Counted from the first letter of the stretch, positions 17,353 through 28,619 are shown. The stretch is 64,000 nucleotides of DNA from Methylotuvimicrobium sp. KM2 (GCF_038051925.1 NZ_CP150634.1:2373758-2437757); one strand, 5' to 3'. The notes: generated from the sequence alone by a model not told the origin. Numbers and translations are program-made.

Positions 17353-17643
17353 AGCTGCTCCTTAATATGGGTAGCAACCGACTTATTTGATATGATGAAC
17401 ATAGCCATTTGCTTTAACCCGTTTCGTTAAAGTTAAGGGTGAGGCCTTGGCTTGGTGCTGGTAACACCTGCCAAGGCCGCTTTATTTCTAGGCTTGCATT
17501 ATAAATCCTTGTCGCAATTTTGTCGCACTTACTGTCAAAAAAGGACAAAAAACGGCAATTATTAGCAACAACTAACATTTTATAAGTGATTGATTTATCT
17601 GTTTTAACTTGTTGCGGTTTGTTGTAGTTTGTGCTGTTTCTGC

Positions 17644-17690
17644 GATTCATAACCCCGGGGTCGGTGGTTCAAGTCCACCCATCGCCACCA
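17644..17690 (+). repeat. attR. A partial 3' copy of tRNA-Met, 47 bp.
   Basis: It is a perfect copy of 2243-2289, and the integrase gene ends about 290 bp away. Confidence 0.85.
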
Positions 17691-18159
17691 ATAAATCAAT
17701 AAGTTAGCGAATTTTTAATTTCGTTACCCTATCAGTTGCAAGCAATTTTGCAACGATTCCATTGAGCCGTTTTCATGTTCCGCTGGAAGCTAGATTGTTA
17801 AATGAGCATAGCTCGTGACTATCGTACTTCGCACGACTCTTTTTCAAATTTCTGACGCGCTCATTTGTCCGTCTTCTTCATTACACAGTCTATGTGATTC
17901 GCCTATGTGCGTGTCTTGAATACGAACAAAAAGTTCTGTCAGTTGCGTAACTTATTTCATGCCCGTCCTTTACTAGCGGCACTTTCATGTGATCAAACTG
18001 ATTCGATCATAAGATGAATCTGTTATCGCTTCTCAGTCGAGTAACCGCACCCTCGTCGGAATCGGAATTGTTTTTCATATCGAAAAATGGGATAAAGAGT
18101 CCTAATCTACGAACTTTCATAGTAAAAAAACACTCATCTGCACTTTTTAGGAGCAATGT

Positions 18160-18762
18160 TTGGAAAATAGGATGGATTTTAGAAAACTCAGCGCTAGACT
18201 GTTCCTACTAATAAGCCTTGGAGTCATGAAAACAATGCTGGCAGGTGAATTTGTAATCGATGATCGTAGCAGTGGTAATTTGAAATCCAACCTTGGCATG
18301 GAGTGGCGACTGGTCAGCGATCAGGTCATGGGTGGAGTTTCCAAGGGAATTATAAAATTAGATACTCACAAAGGAAGAGATTGCCTACGTATGCAGGGCG
18401 ATGTTTCAACCGAACAAAATGGTGGCTTTGTGCAAATGGCTTTGTCTTTGTCTGATGAAGACAACTTCGATGCATCGGCTTTTGACGGTATTGTCTTCGA
18501 AGTAGCCGGTAATAATGAGGACTACAATATTCATTTTCGCACTTCGGACCTTTGGTTCCCCTGGCAATCCTATCGTGCCGAATTCCATACGACCGACGAT
18601 TGGCAAATCGTTCGTATTCCTTTTGCTAATCTTGATGCCTATAAAACATCACAGAAATTTCTTCAACGTAATCTGAAACGTATCGGGTTGGTCGCTATTG
18701 GCCGAGATTTTAGGGTCGATTTATGTCTCGGTTCTCTACGCTTTTATAGTGAGGATAATTAG
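18160..18762 (+). CDS. CIA30 (complex I intermediate-associated protein 30)-like family protein.
   Basis: It has a signal-like N-terminus and the ...VMGGVS...GGF...F-G-RF pattern typical of the CIA30 domain. Confidence 0.55.
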   Translation: MENRMDFRKLSARLFLLISLGVMKTMLAGEFVIDDRSSGNLKSNLGMEWRLVSDQVMGGVSKGIIKLDTHKGRDCLRMQGDVSTEQNGGFVQMALSLSDEDNFDASAFDGIVFEVAGNNEDYNIHFRTSDLWFPWQSYRAEFHTTDDWQIVRIPFANLDAYKTSQKFLQRNLKRIGLVAIGRDFRVDLCLGSLRFYSEDN

Positions 18763-19203
18763 GTGCCTGACTCTTTGAGTCGTATTTTTATTGCCAGCCT
18801 CTTTGGTATCACTGCCTGCACACATGTCGCGCCTCAATCGATCATAACCATCGCGTATGCTAGAGCGCATAAGGCTAACTTCGTTGACATTGGTGTACCA
18901 GGTGATTCCGAAGGGGATATTCTGACATTCGATCAGCCGTTACTCGATGTACAAGGCTCACGGATCGGTAACAATAGTGGCATGTGCATACGCACAAGAG
19001 TAGGTCACAGCTTCCAATGCCAATGGACCTTGACCTTGGAAAACGGCAGTATTCAGGTGGCTGGGCGTGAATTTGATAAAGGAACGTCAGAAATAACGAT
19101 TGTCGGCGGTACAGGCCAATATTCGGGCATCAGCGGGCAAATGGAGTCTGTTAACAATGGAGACGGGACTTTTACTCAAATTTTGCACTATTGGGTTCAA
19201 TAA
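18763..19203 (+). CDS. Hypothetical lipoprotein.
   Basis: It has a lipobox-like LFGITAC. It overlaps the stop of the upstream CIA30-like gene. Confidence 0.4.
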   Translation: MPDSLSRIFIASLFGITACTHVAPQSIITIAYARAHKANFVDIGVPGDSEGDILTFDQPLLDVQGSRIGNNSGMCIRTRVGHSFQCQWTLTLENGSIQVAGREFDKGTSEITIVGGTGQYSGISGQMESVNNGDGTFTQILHYWVQ

Positions 19204-19378
19204 CAGCCAATTGCGCTGCTCGGATTTTGTAGTGGTGCAAGCTTGAAATTTTTTTTTTCGATGAGCATACTTCCCTGTAGGCCGAAACATTTCAACCATG
19301 GCCGAAGCAAGCCGAAACCCCTTAGGCCAATCCGAAACGTTGGGGACGGGTTAAATAACCCGTCCTGTAGGAAGGTTG

Positions 19379-20839
19379 TTAAAACAAATCCTCCCAAATA
19401 TTATCTACTTTCTGAATAATTTCCTTGGACATTACGATCGGTCGCCCCCATTCGCGGTCGGTCTCGCCGGGCCATTTGTTAGTCGCGTCAAAGCCGGCTT
19501 TCGAGCCTAAGCCTGATACCGGCGAGGCAAAATCGAGATAATCGATCGGCGTGTTGTCGAGCAGCGTGAAATCTCGAGTGGGGTCCATACGCGTGGTCAT
19601 CGCCCAGATGACATCTTTCCATTCGCGCGGATTGACGTCCTCGTCGACGACGATGACGAATTTTGTGTACATGAACTGGCGCAGGAACGACCAAAGTCCA
19701 AGCATGACGCGTTTAGCGTGGCCGGGGTATTGTTTCTTTATACTGATCACGGCTAGACGATATGAACAACCTTCGGGCGGCAGGTAGAAATCAACGATTT
19801 CAGGGAATTGTTTTTGCAGAATCGGCACGAAAACTTCGTTTAATGCCACGCCCAGCACGGCTGGTTCATCGGGCGGTTTGCCGGTGTAGGTGCTGTGGTA
19901 AATCGGATCCCGGCGCTGGGTAATTTTTTCGATCGTAAACACCGGAAATTCGTCGACTTCGTTGTAATAGCCGGTATGATCGCCGTAAGGACCTTCGGGC
20001 GCGGTTTCGTTAGGATAAATGAAACCTTCCAAAACGATTTCGGCGCTGGCCGGCACCTGCAAGTTATTGCATAAGCAGTCTGCCAGTTCGGTTTTGCTGC
20101 CGCGCAGTAATCCGGCGAAGGCGTATTCGGACAGGCTATCCGGTATCGGTGTGACCGCGCCTAGTATCGTTGCGGGATCCGCGCCGAGCGCGACCGTAAC
20201 CGGAAACGGCTCGCCGGGATGGGCCTCTTGCCATTCCTTGAAGTCCAAAGCGCCGCCGCGATGCGCTAGCCAGCGCATGATGACTTTGTTCTTTGCGATG
20301 ACTTGTTGCCGGTAAATGCCCAGGTTCTGACGTTCCTTATAAGGGCCTTTGGTTATCACCAATGCCCAAGTGATTAATGGTGCGGCATCCTCGGGCCAGC
20401 AAGTTTGTATCGGATAGTTGCCTAAGTCGATTTCATCGCCTTCGAGCACGACTTCCTGGCAGGGCGGCGATTTAACGATTTTCGGCGCCATGTTCAATAC
20501 TTGTTTGAATACCGGAATTTTGTCGAGTGCATCGCGAAAACCCTTCGGCGGTTCAGGTTCTTTTAAATAAGCCAAGAGTTTGCCGATTTCGCGCAGGGAC
20601 TCGACTGAATCGGCGCCCATGCCCATCGCGACTCGGTGCGGCGTGCCGAATAGGTTGCCGAGCAGGGGTATCGAATGACCTTTGGGTTTTTCGAAGAGCA
20701 GGGCAGGACCTTCTTGTTGTAAGGTGCGATTACATATTTCGGTGATTTCGAGCACCGGGTCGGCCGGGTATTGAATTCGCTTCAATTCGCCTTGTTTTTC
20801 CAGTTGCGCAATGAAATCACGCAGGTCGTGATACTTCAT
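19379..20839 (-). CDS. ubiD: 4-hydroxy-3-polyprenylbenzoate decarboxylase UbiD.
   Basis: The N-terminus is [22 protein letters not shown], and the UbiD hallmarks hold throughout at 486 aa. Confidence 0.9.
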   Translation of the reverse strand: MKYHDLRDFIAQLEKQGELKRIQYPADPVLEITEICNRTLQQEGPALLFEKPKGHSIPLLGNLFGTPHRVAMGMGADSVESLREIGKLLAYLKEPEPPKGFRDALDKIPVFKQVLNMAPKIVKSPPCQEVVLEGDEIDLGNYPIQTCWPEDAAPLITWALVITKGPYKERQNLGIYRQQVIAKNKVIMRWLAHRGGALDFKEWQEAHPGEPFPVTVALGADPATILGAVTPIPDSLSEYAFAGLLRGSKTELADCLCNNLQVPASAEIVLEGFIYPNETAPEGPYGDHTGYYNEVDEFPVFTIEKITQRRDPIYHSTYTGKPPDEPAVLGVALNEVFVPILQKQFPEIVDFYLPPEGCSYRLAVISIKKQYPGHAKRVMLGLWSFLRQFMYTKFVIVVDEDVNPREWKDVIWAMTTRMDPTRDFTLLDNTPIDYLDFASPVSGLGSKAGFDATNKWPGETDREWGRPIVMSKEIIQKVDNIWEDLF

Positions 20840-22875
20840 GCAGCGATTCCGTTGTGTCTGAGCAGCGCGTCGATTTCGGGTTTTCGTCCGCGAAATTGGA
20901 TGAACAATTCCATTGCATCGTCGCTGCCGCCTTGCTCGAGAATGTTGGTCAAAAAGGCATGACCGATCGTTTCATTGAAGATGCCATGCTCTTCGAACAT
21001 CGAAAAGGCATCGCTGGATAGCACTTCGGCCCATTTGTAACTGTAATAGCCTGCCGCATAGCCTCCGGCGAAGATATGCGAAAAACTGTGCGCAAAACGG
21101 TTAAACGGCGGCGGCGTAACCACGGCGACTTGTTTTCTGACTTGTTCGAGAATTTCGTAAATGCGCCCGCCCTTGACCGGATCGTATTCTTTGTGAATTC
21201 TCAAGTCGAATAGACTGAATTCGAGTTGCCGGACCATCATCATGCCGGATTGAAAATTTTTCGCGGCGAGCATTTTATCGAACAGGCTGTCCGGCAGTTT
21301 TTCACCGGTTTGATAATGGCCTGAGATCAATTCCAGCGCTTCTTTTTCCCAACACCAGTTTTCCATGAACTGACTCGGCAACTCGACCGCGTCCCATTCG
21401 ACCCCGCTGATGCCCGAAACTCCGAGATGGTCGACCTGGGTCAGCATGTGATGCAGGCCGTGCCCGAATTCGTGAAACAGCGTTGTGACTTCGTCATGGG
21501 TCAACAAGGCCGGATCGTCGCCGGTCGGCGGCGTGAAGTTACAGGTCAGATACGCGACCGGCGTTTGGACTTCATCTTGATATTTCTTGCGGCTGACGCA
21601 GACATCCATCCAGGCGCCGCCGCGTTTTTTCGGGCGGGCATAGAGATCAATATAGAATTGGCCGCGAAGCTGTCCGTTGCGATCGAGAATCTGATAGAAA
21701 CGGACGTCTTCGTGCCAACTATCGAATTTATCGATTTCGCTGATGTCGAGCCCGTAGAGTTTTTCGACGATTGCAAACAGGCCGGGCAAGACTCGGTCGA
21801 TCGGAAAATAGGTTTTCACTTCTTCTTGTGAAAGTTGATAAAAATGCTGACGCATTTTTTCCGAGTAATAACCGATGTCCCAAGGTTGTAAGTCTTTTAT
21901 TCCGTAGTGTTTCGCGGCGAATTCGCGCAATTCGTATAAATCTTTGCGCGCTTGGCGCCAGGATTTATCGGCCAAGTCTTCGAGAAAGCCGATCACCTGG
22001 TCGGGGCTGTCGGCCATTTTGGTTGTCAGTGATAATTCGGCGTAATTGTCATAGCCTAATAGGCGCGCTTTTTCATGTCGCAGCGCCAGAATTTGTTCCA
22101 TGATTTGGCTATTGTCCCAGCGTCCAGCGTGCGGCCCAAGCTCGGATGCACGCGTGACGAAGGCTTCGTAATGTTCGCGGCGCAGCGCACGGCTGTCGGC
22201 ATAGGTCATCACGGCCTGGAATGACGGAAATTGCAGTGTAATCATCCAGCCGCTTTGTTGATTGGCCTCGGCGGTTTGTTTGGCTTGCGCCAATGCCGAT
22301 TTCGGTAGGCCGGCTAGGTCGTCGCTATCGGTGATTAGTTTGCTCCAGGCATTGGTCGCATCCATCAGATTTTCTTCGAAGCGGGAAGTCAGCTTCGACA
22401 GTTCTTGACTAATTTCTTTGTAACGTTGTTTCTTGGCCGGCTCCAGGTCGATGCCGGACAGTTTGAAATCGCGCAAGGCATTGGCGACGATTTTTTTCTG
22501 GGCCTTGTCGTGACTTTGAAATTCCTCGCTTTGTGCAATGGCTTGGTAGGCTTTAAACAAGGCTTCGTTTTGCCCCATCTCGGTCGAATAATCGCTGAGC
22601 ATCGGTAAGCAGGCATTATAGGCTTCGCGAAGCGGTTCGCTGTTGACCACCGAATTCATATGGCTGACTGGAGACCAGGCCTTGTTGAGTTTGTCTTCGG
22701 CGTTTTCGATCGGCTCGATCAGGTTTTCCCAACTGTATTGGTCGCTTGCTGTGATATGCCGGTCGACCGTCGCTCGCGCGTCGGCTAGTAATTTTTCGAT
22801 TGCGGGTACGACATGTTCAGGTTTGATTTCGGAAAAATGAGGCAGAGTGTTATCGGTTAGTAATGGGTTGTTCAT
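20836..22875 (-). CDS. prlC: Oligopeptidase A (M3 family metallopeptidase).
   Basis: It has the HEFGHGLHH zinc motif and is 679 aa. Its end overlaps the ubiD start. Confidence 0.9.
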   Translation of the reverse strand: MNNPLLTDNTLPHFSEIKPEHVVPAIEKLLADARATVDRHITASDQYSWENLIEPIENAEDKLNKAWSPVSHMNSVVNSEPLREAYNACLPMLSDYSTEMGQNEALFKAYQAIAQSEEFQSHDKAQKKIVANALRDFKLSGIDLEPAKKQRYKEISQELSKLTSRFEENLMDATNAWSKLITDSDDLAGLPKSALAQAKQTAEANQQSGWMITLQFPSFQAVMTYADSRALRREHYEAFVTRASELGPHAGRWDNSQIMEQILALRHEKARLLGYDNYAELSLTTKMADSPDQVIGFLEDLADKSWRQARKDLYELREFAAKHYGIKDLQPWDIGYYSEKMRQHFYQLSQEEVKTYFPIDRVLPGLFAIVEKLYGLDISEIDKFDSWHEDVRFYQILDRNGQLRGQFYIDLYARPKKRGGAWMDVCVSRKKYQDEVQTPVAYLTCNFTPPTGDDPALLTHDEVTTLFHEFGHGLHHMLTQVDHLGVSGISGVEWDAVELPSQFMENWCWEKEALELISGHYQTGEKLPDSLFDKMLAAKNFQSGMMMVRQLEFSLFDLRIHKEYDPVKGGRIYEILEQVRKQVAVVTPPPFNRFAHSFSHIFAGGYAAGYYSYKWAEVLSSDAFSMFEEHGIFNETIGHAFLTNILEQGGSDDAMELFIQFRGRKPEIDALLRHNGIAA

Positions 22876-22891
22876 GTGTTTTGGATATCAA

Positions 22892-24265
22892 TCAAGAAAG
22901 AATATGCATTGCTGCATCGATACGCTGCTGCGCTTTGTGCAGGATATGCAGTGAAAAGTCCGGCGTCAATTTGCCGTTGTTTAATTTGGTGTATGCAGGT
23001 ATCGAATTGATATAGGGTAGCTCTATATCATGTTGGATACCGATATAGCTGTGTAATTTAGCCAATATGACAATGTCGGTCAGCGTCAGTTTATCGCCGC
23101 TGTCATAATACCAGTCTTCGGCGTGATGCGGAATTTGCTCGAGTTCTTCGGAAAAGCCGAGGGTATGCAAGACTAATTTGCCGATTGGGGCTCTTAAAAC
23201 CGGGATCGCTTCGTCAAGATCGGAGCGATTTTTATAATGCTCAGGGTGTTGTTCGGCAAAATGAAGCAAAGGGATGATGCCGATATCGCTGATTAATCCC
23301 GCTAATAATGCGTCTTCGGGATTAACTTGACCGCTTTCCTGAGCCAATATAAAGCTGAGGCTCGAAATGTAAAGGCTGTTTTTCCAAAGCGATTGCATGG
23401 CGCCAAGTAAGTGTTTGTTTTGACATCGAAACATTTGTTTGAGCCCGATGCCCATCACTAGCTGACGCGTGGCGTTTAAGCCAAGACGTGTAACCGCTTC
23501 CTGGCAATTGGTTACCGGAGAAATTGGAGAGTAAAGAGGGCTGTTGGCGATCTGGACCAGCTTGGTGGCGATCGGCGGGTCAATTTGAATGATTTTGGCG
23601 GCTTCGCGTACATCAATCTCGAACTCCATCGCTTGTTTGAGTTTTAGAGCGACTGCGGGTAAAGACGGTAAAGTTAGTTTATTTTCGCGGTAAATCCGGG
23701 AAAAGTCGGCAAAAAAACCGTTATCTTCGATCTGTTTAGGCAGGTCGATATCGATCAATTCTAATTGTGTTGCATTCGTTTTACTTTGTTCGGTCCACAG
23801 TTTAATGAGCTCTGCCGAGATTTCGATGATTTTAACATCGGTTTTGGCGATTGCCGTCGCCCCATTGGTTTTTCCGCTGTTAAGCGGCAAATGAGACAAT
23901 GGCGAGTTGGTACTTATTTGATAGATGCTTTCGCAGTCCGGAGTCAATTCGAGTGTTCCTTTGTGCAAATAAAGCACTTTGTCATTATTGCTTTGACCCC
24001 GCACGAAAATCGTAGCGCCGGCTCGATAACAGTTTGTCCGTTGCTGCAAAAGCTCGATTGCCGCATCGTCAAGATTTCTTATCGGCACGAATTGTTTTAG
24101 TATTTCGACTGGCTGTTTTATGCGGCTTGTCTTGAAAGGTTTATCGCCTGCTAAAATAGGATCAGCGCTAGTGGGACGATCATCAACATTTTCTTGTTGA
24201 TCGTTTTTAGCCTTGGGAGACTTGGACGTAAAGTGATCGATTAAATGATAAAACCAATTGAACAT
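22892..24265 (-). CDS. HDOD-domain signalling protein with an N-terminal cNMP-binding-like domain. This is paralog 1.
   Basis: The HDOD region is EAVTRLGLNATRQLVMGIGLKQMF. The N-terminal beta-roll-like segment is AGATIFVRGQSNNDKVLYLHKGTLEL. Confidence 0.7.
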   Translation of the reverse strand: MFNWFYHLIDHFTSKSPKAKNDQQENVDDRPTSADPILAGDKPFKTSRIKQPVEILKQFVPIRNLDDAAIELLQQRTNCYRAGATIFVRGQSNNDKVLYLHKGTLELTPDCESIYQISTNSPLSHLPLNSGKTNGATAIAKTDVKIIEISAELIKLWTEQSKTNATQLELIDIDLPKQIEDNGFFADFSRIYRENKLTLPSLPAVALKLKQAMEFEIDVREAAKIIQIDPPIATKLVQIANSPLYSPISPVTNCQEAVTRLGLNATRQLVMGIGLKQMFRCQNKHLLGAMQSLWKNSLYISSLSFILAQESGQVNPEDALLAGLISDIGIIPLLHFAEQHPEHYKNRSDLDEAIPVLRAPIGKLVLHTLGFSEELEQIPHHAEDWYYDSGDKLTLTDIVILAKLHSYIGIQHDIELPYINSIPAYTKLNNGKLTPDFSLHILHKAQQRIDAAMHILS

Positions 24266-24268
24266 ACG

Positions 24269-25272
24269 TCAAGCCATGAAAAACTTCGTTGTTTCGCAGA
24301 TTTGCTGCTTCGCGTCGTGCAGTATCTGCAATAATTGTTCCGGAGTCAATAATTGAGCGTCCAACTTCTGAAATGCCGGCAAAGTATTGATTAACGGTAG
24401 TTCAACCCTTTGCTCCTGTTGCGTAAATAAGAAATGGAATTTAGCGAGCAAAACAATATCGCTTAGTTGTAAAGTCACGCCGGAATGATCGAACCAGTTG
24501 CTTACTTTTACCGGAACTGTTTTGAGATTATCAGGAAACTCCCATCTTTCCAGGATGATCGTGCCAATTTGACCTTGCAATGATTTGATGCATTGATCAA
24601 TGTCGCTGACTGTGAAAGTGTTTTCCGGTAATTGGTCGGCAAACATTAATAGGGTTAGAGTTCCGATATTATGCAGAAGCCCGGCTAGCAATGCTTCTTC
24701 CGGGGTGGTTTGACGAGGCAAGAAGTGGGTCATATAACGAGTTAATCGGGTTACGGTTAAGTAGTAATGCGGTTTTTGGAATATAGATTAGCGTAACATT
24801 CGATTTAGCGATGGCGGTAAACTGGTAAAAAATACCCGCTCGATAATGGAAACAATGCTTTTGGAGTGGCTTCGTTAATTTCTCGTCCTATGCCATTGGC
24901 CATCTCTAAATATACCGTACCTTTGCACAAATAAACGAGTGAATCGACCTCGGTACCTCGAATGAAAAGGGCCGCCCCTGGGGCGAAGTTTTCGGTGCGG
25001 ATTTTTAAAGCCCGTATCTCTTCTTCGATTAACAGTTGCCCTAAAGGCATCAGCCGTTTAAGAAATTTAACCGAAATGTTAACCGGTTTAATGTTATTGC
25101 TAGATTGCTTGGTTCCTAAAAACCGTCTTTCAACCGTTATCGTTTGTTCCTTTTTGTGGGCTTGCATGGGCTTTGAAATAGGTTTTTTAAATAGATTCAG
25201 CAACATAATATCTATAGATTTGATAATAAATAACTTCTCTATTTTGGGAGGGGTCGGTTGCTCGATTGGCAT
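24269..25272 (-). pseudogene. A decayed paralog of the cNMP-like-HDOD gene, split into an N-fragment (24805-25272) and a C-fragment (24269-24733) and missing about 150 central codons.
   Basis: The fragments align to the N-terminus and C-terminus of the flanking paralogs (PEEALLAGLLHNIG versus PEDALLAGLISDIG). They are separated by a 72-bp gap. Confidence 0.45.
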
Positions 25273-25282
25273 GTGTGGGCGT

Positions 25283-25466
25283 CAGAAAGCCGCCGACAAG
25301 TCTACACGGAGGTATTCACCCAGCATCTAAATTTTCCAAGATAGTGTTAACCATAGTTAATGGGCTATGGAATTTAGGTGCTGGGTTCACAGTCTCCTGC
25401 CAGGCGAGTTACCGAACCCTAGACAAATCTCATAACTCCGGGAAGTTATTTTTCGCGAAATTCTAT
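25283..25466. repeat. MITE-like hairpin repeat, copy A.
   Basis: The inverted repeat TTCACCCAGCATCTAAATT (25315-25333) / AATTTAGGTGCTGGGTTCAC (25371-25390) is followed by a GAGTTACCGAAC... tail homologous to 37140-37210. Confidence 0.55.
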
Positions 25467-26851
25467 ATTGAAAAAGTTCGCCTGGCTTCGTTAATTTTAG
25501 TTTGTGCGTCATGAAAAATATGTAACGAGTTTTCCGGCGAGAGTTGGATGAAGTCTAGTTTGCTTGCCGCCGGTATGGAGGTTATTTCCGGTAAATTAGC
25601 CATTTCAGATGTACCGATTTTACTGTGTAACCGCGATAATACGACGATATCGATCAGGGAAATCCGGTTGCCGCGATGTTGGTACCAATCATCGGCATAT
25701 AATGGTATTTCGTAAAGTTCTATGGGAAACTCCCATTCTCGTAAGATATAGGCGCTGACGGGGCCTCTTATGAAGGGGATGACACGCTCAAGCGACTCTT
25801 CCTTGTAGTAATCCTCTGGTAGGTTCGCGGCAAAATTTAAAAAAGGGACAATCCCTATATCGCAAACCAAGCCCCCGAGTAATGCCTCTTCCGGATTAAC
25901 TTTTTTGGTTTCGCTAGCTAAAACATAACAAATACAGGAGATGTAGATGCTTTGCCTCCAAACCCTATCCAGTATTTTTTTGATCAGCAGATTCTGGGAA
26001 TGAAATATTTGTTTGAGACTGAGAGAAATCACTAAATTTTGGGTTGCCTTTAAACCGATTCTATTGACTGCTTCGAAACATGTTTTAGCCGGAATGGTGG
26101 TTAAATATAAAGGGCAGTTTGCAACTTGAATTAATTTTGCCGCAATAACCGGATCCAACTGGATTATCCTAACGGCTTCGGCCACGCCAATATCGGCTTG
26201 AATGGCTTTGCGCAGTTTAAAAGCAATATCCGGCAGCGACGGAACGTCCATTTCTTCTTCTAGGTAATACTGTGAAAAAGCTTGCAATAAACGATTATCG
26301 GTTAATTCTTTCGGAATGTTAAGCGGAGCGGGGTGATGGGAAGAGGGCGGCAGCGCGCACATGATTTTATGCGAAACCCTCAATAGACTTACGTCGGTTT
26401 TTGCGATAACGTTCAAGGCGTGTTTGATACCGCTGCAGAGGGGGAATTTAGCGCGTGCGGTATTAGCTTCGACTTCATAATTTTTCCCGGCGCTGTCGGA
26501 AATAATGACTGTACCCTTCAATAAAAAGTAAGCGGAGTCGTTTTGTTCGCCTTGATTGAACAAAATAGTGTTGGCGGGGAAAACCTCAGAGTATCGATCA
26601 GTTGCGAAAGACTCCAGCATTTCTTCATTTAAACTGCGAATGGGAATCAACGTTTTTAGCGTTTCAACCGTTATCGGGTCAGGGTTGATGCTGCAGGCGG
26701 AACCTTGTTTGTTATCCTTGAAAAAAAAATTCAATAAAGACATGCTGATTCCGTAAAAAACAATTGCCAAAAATAAAAATTGGAATACCGATTCGACTGA
26801 TAGTCTAAACTGCATTCGAGTATAGCAGAAACTGCGTTCGCTTAATGACAC
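25463..26851 (-). CDS. HDOD-domain signalling protein with an N-terminal cNMP-binding-like domain. This is paralog 3.
   Basis: It has EAVNRIGLKATQNLVISLSLKQIF and the same architecture as 22892-24265. Confidence 0.7.
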   Translation of the reverse strand: MSLSERSFCYTRMQFRLSVESVFQFLFLAIVFYGISMSLLNFFFKDNKQGSACSINPDPITVETLKTLIPIRSLNEEMLESFATDRYSEVFPANTILFNQGEQNDSAYFLLKGTVIISDSAGKNYEVEANTARAKFPLCSGIKHALNVIAKTDVSLLRVSHKIMCALPPSSHHPAPLNIPKELTDNRLLQAFSQYYLEEEMDVPSLPDIAFKLRKAIQADIGVAEAVRIIQLDPVIAAKLIQVANCPLYLTTIPAKTCFEAVNRIGLKATQNLVISLSLKQIFHSQNLLIKKILDRVWRQSIYISCICYVLASETKKVNPEEALLGGLVCDIGIVPFLNFAANLPEDYYKEESLERVIPFIRGPVSAYILREWEFPIELYEIPLYADDWYQHRGNRISLIDIVVLSRLHSKIGTSEMANLPEITSIPAASKLDFIQLSPENSLHIFHDAQTKINEARRTFSI

Positions 26852-26857
26852 TTACCG

Positions 26858-28603
26858 ATGATTAAGGACAACATGAATAAACTTAAATTCAGATTGCAAT
26901 CCAACTTAACATACGAAGCAATACCATTTGCTCCAGACGAACAATCTTTTGCGAAATGGCTGGAGTTACTGTCTTCTGAAAATGGTTACGAAATTTGTCG
27001 TCAACTGGCGTCGGCTTTCCATGCCATGAATGGCATGGATATCAGTCCTCGATTTCGCTTTACATGTCTTCTTCAAGCAATTCCGCTGGTGAATAAAGTG
27101 GCCGAAAGGCTTGAAAGCTTATATTTGGATAGCGGCTTTCCCTTATCTGAAGAAGAAACTTCGAATGTCGAAATTTTAGTATGGGTTTACACGCAATTGA
27201 CGATGAATTTTACTGATTTGAGTTATCAGCTCGAATCGATAGATACCAATTGGAGCAAGCAGGAGCAAGCACAAATATTATTTTCGGCAATGTATGCCGC
27301 GAGTCAAGTTTTACTGCATATAAGTCAAGTCTATGCTAGCGTTCAAAAAGGCTTTTGGTTAAATTGTTACCGGAATTACATAAGAGCGGAGATGCTTGAG
27401 CTTTTAAATATTCCAGTGAATATGAGTCATGTTAAGCATAAAACGATCGCAAGCGTCTTTAAGCAAATGCTTATTTTTTCGTGCTGTGATACCGATTGTT
27501 TTAGAGTTCGTGAAATGAATACGCTTTTCAATCTGTTAGAAGAGTGTGTTGATGCCATCAGCTTAACTAGCGAGGTGGCACCTGAAGCAATGCAAGGTGT
27601 TTTTCAGCTAAACTTGGATGTCGATGAAGCGCCGAGCAAAAGTTTGCCTTCCCTAACAGAAACACAAAACAATACCCGTTATATTGCCACACTGCCGATC
27701 GTTAATTTTCTCATTACTGCCGCTCAAAAAAGAAAAGATAAAAAAACGGATTTTCGCTTTATCGACAAGGACCTGCTTTTCAGAGTGGCGGAAGTATTGA
27801 CCAAAAAGCGCACCAGAAAATACACCCGAATCGTATCGACAGAAAATGCAAGGGGCTACATTGGTTTTAAGTCGATCGTCAGTATGCTCGCAAAAATACA
27901 GGGAGTCGACAATGAAACGATTAAGGTGAAGTCTGCGCATGACCCCAGAATTGCAGGAAGCTGGCAAGTACCGGATTTAGACTTGGTTCCGGAGGGCGAT
28001 GAAATTGCTTATAGCCTAAACCAGAAAAAAAACCGACATTCGGCTATCGATCCGAAAGCAGCTAAAATCCATAAACTCGGCGCTCTGGCTTCAAGTGGAA
28101 ATAAAATCTGGTCTCAGCCTGAACCTGTTGAACTACTCAATAAGATTCCGTTCGGCGATTTTTTGATCTTGAATAGCAGTATTAAAGGCTATGCCTTGGT
28201 TTGGAATTCGGAAGACCAAAGGATCAAAGTTGGCGAGCTGTTCGCAGTTCAACAGCCAGGGTTTAACGAATTGGAAATCGGTCAGATCCGAAGAATCAGT
28301 CGACTTGAAGACGAGGGTTTGATTTTGGGGATTGAACTGATGGGAATGCGTTCTGAATTGGTTTGGATCATTTTGCTTGGCATTAATAAGCAACAAGGAC
28401 AGATGGCGATTTATGTCCCCGCCGATTCGATTTTGCATCAGCCGGAGAGTATTATTTTAGGCACGCATTACTTAAAACCGGGGCAGACGATTGAAGTTCA
28501 TCGCGGAAATCAAAGAGCGCTGTATCGTATCGGAAAGCTTTTGCATGTCACAGCCGCGTTACAGCATATTGAATTAGTGGCTATTAATGAGAGTTCTAAT
28601 TAA
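26858..28603 (+). CDS. Hypothetical 581-aa protein.
   Basis: A long uninterrupted ORF. I could not assign a confident domain. It is convergent with the ExeA-like ATPase. Confidence 0.45.
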   Translation: MIKDNMNKLKFRLQSNLTYEAIPFAPDEQSFAKWLELLSSENGYEICRQLASAFHAMNGMDISPRFRFTCLLQAIPLVNKVAERLESLYLDSGFPLSEEETSNVEILVWVYTQLTMNFTDLSYQLESIDTNWSKQEQAQILFSAMYAASQVLLHISQVYASVQKGFWLNCYRNYIRAEMLELLNIPVNMSHVKHKTIASVFKQMLIFSCCDTDCFRVREMNTLFNLLEECVDAISLTSEVAPEAMQGVFQLNLDVDEAPSKSLPSLTETQNNTRYIATLPIVNFLITAAQKRKDKKTDFRFIDKDLLFRVAEVLTKKRTRKYTRIVSTENARGYIGFKSIVSMLAKIQGVDNETIKVKSAHDPRIAGSWQVPDLDLVPEGDEIAYSLNQKKNRHSAIDPKAAKIHKLGALASSGNKIWSQPEPVELLNKIPFGDFLILNSSIKGYALVWNSEDQRIKVGELFAVQQPGFNELEIGQIRRISRLEDEGLILGIELMGMRSELVWIILLGINKQQGQMAIYVPADSILHQPESIILGTHYLKPGQTIEVHRGNQRALYRIGKLLHVTAALQHIELVAINESSN

Positions 28604-28619
28604 TAAAGCGGTCGGGCGC

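Larger units (their letters stand above)
2243..17690. mobile_element. An integrated P4-like satellite or integrative island of about 15.4 kb, inserted at the 3' end of tRNA-Met. It carries int, xis, a primase-helicase, iterons, phage-like cargo and a nested transposon.
   Basis: A perfect 47-bp direct repeat bounds it (2243-2289 and 17644-17690). A tyrosine integrase gene abuts attR. All internal genes are co-oriented. It contains a Prim-Pol/AAA_25 primase. Confidence 0.75.

Noticed and set aside
17644-17690. A second tRNA gene at the right island boundary.
   Set aside because: Only the 3' 47 nt of tRNA-Met are present, with no acceptor 5' half or D-arm. It is an att duplication, not a gene.
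19240-19345. CCGAAAC-type short repeats and a GGACGGGTTAAATAACCCGTCC hairpin downstream of ubiD as a terminator.
   Set aside because: The hairpin lacks a following T-tract on the ubiD (minus) strand. The repeats are short and could be chance. It was noted only.
26858-28603. Calling the 581-aa protein a PilZ-domain c-di-GMP receptor.
   Set aside because: The NxSxxG-like and RxxxR-like motifs occur in reverse order relative to genuine PilZ domains, and the spacing is wrong. This is kept as unknown.
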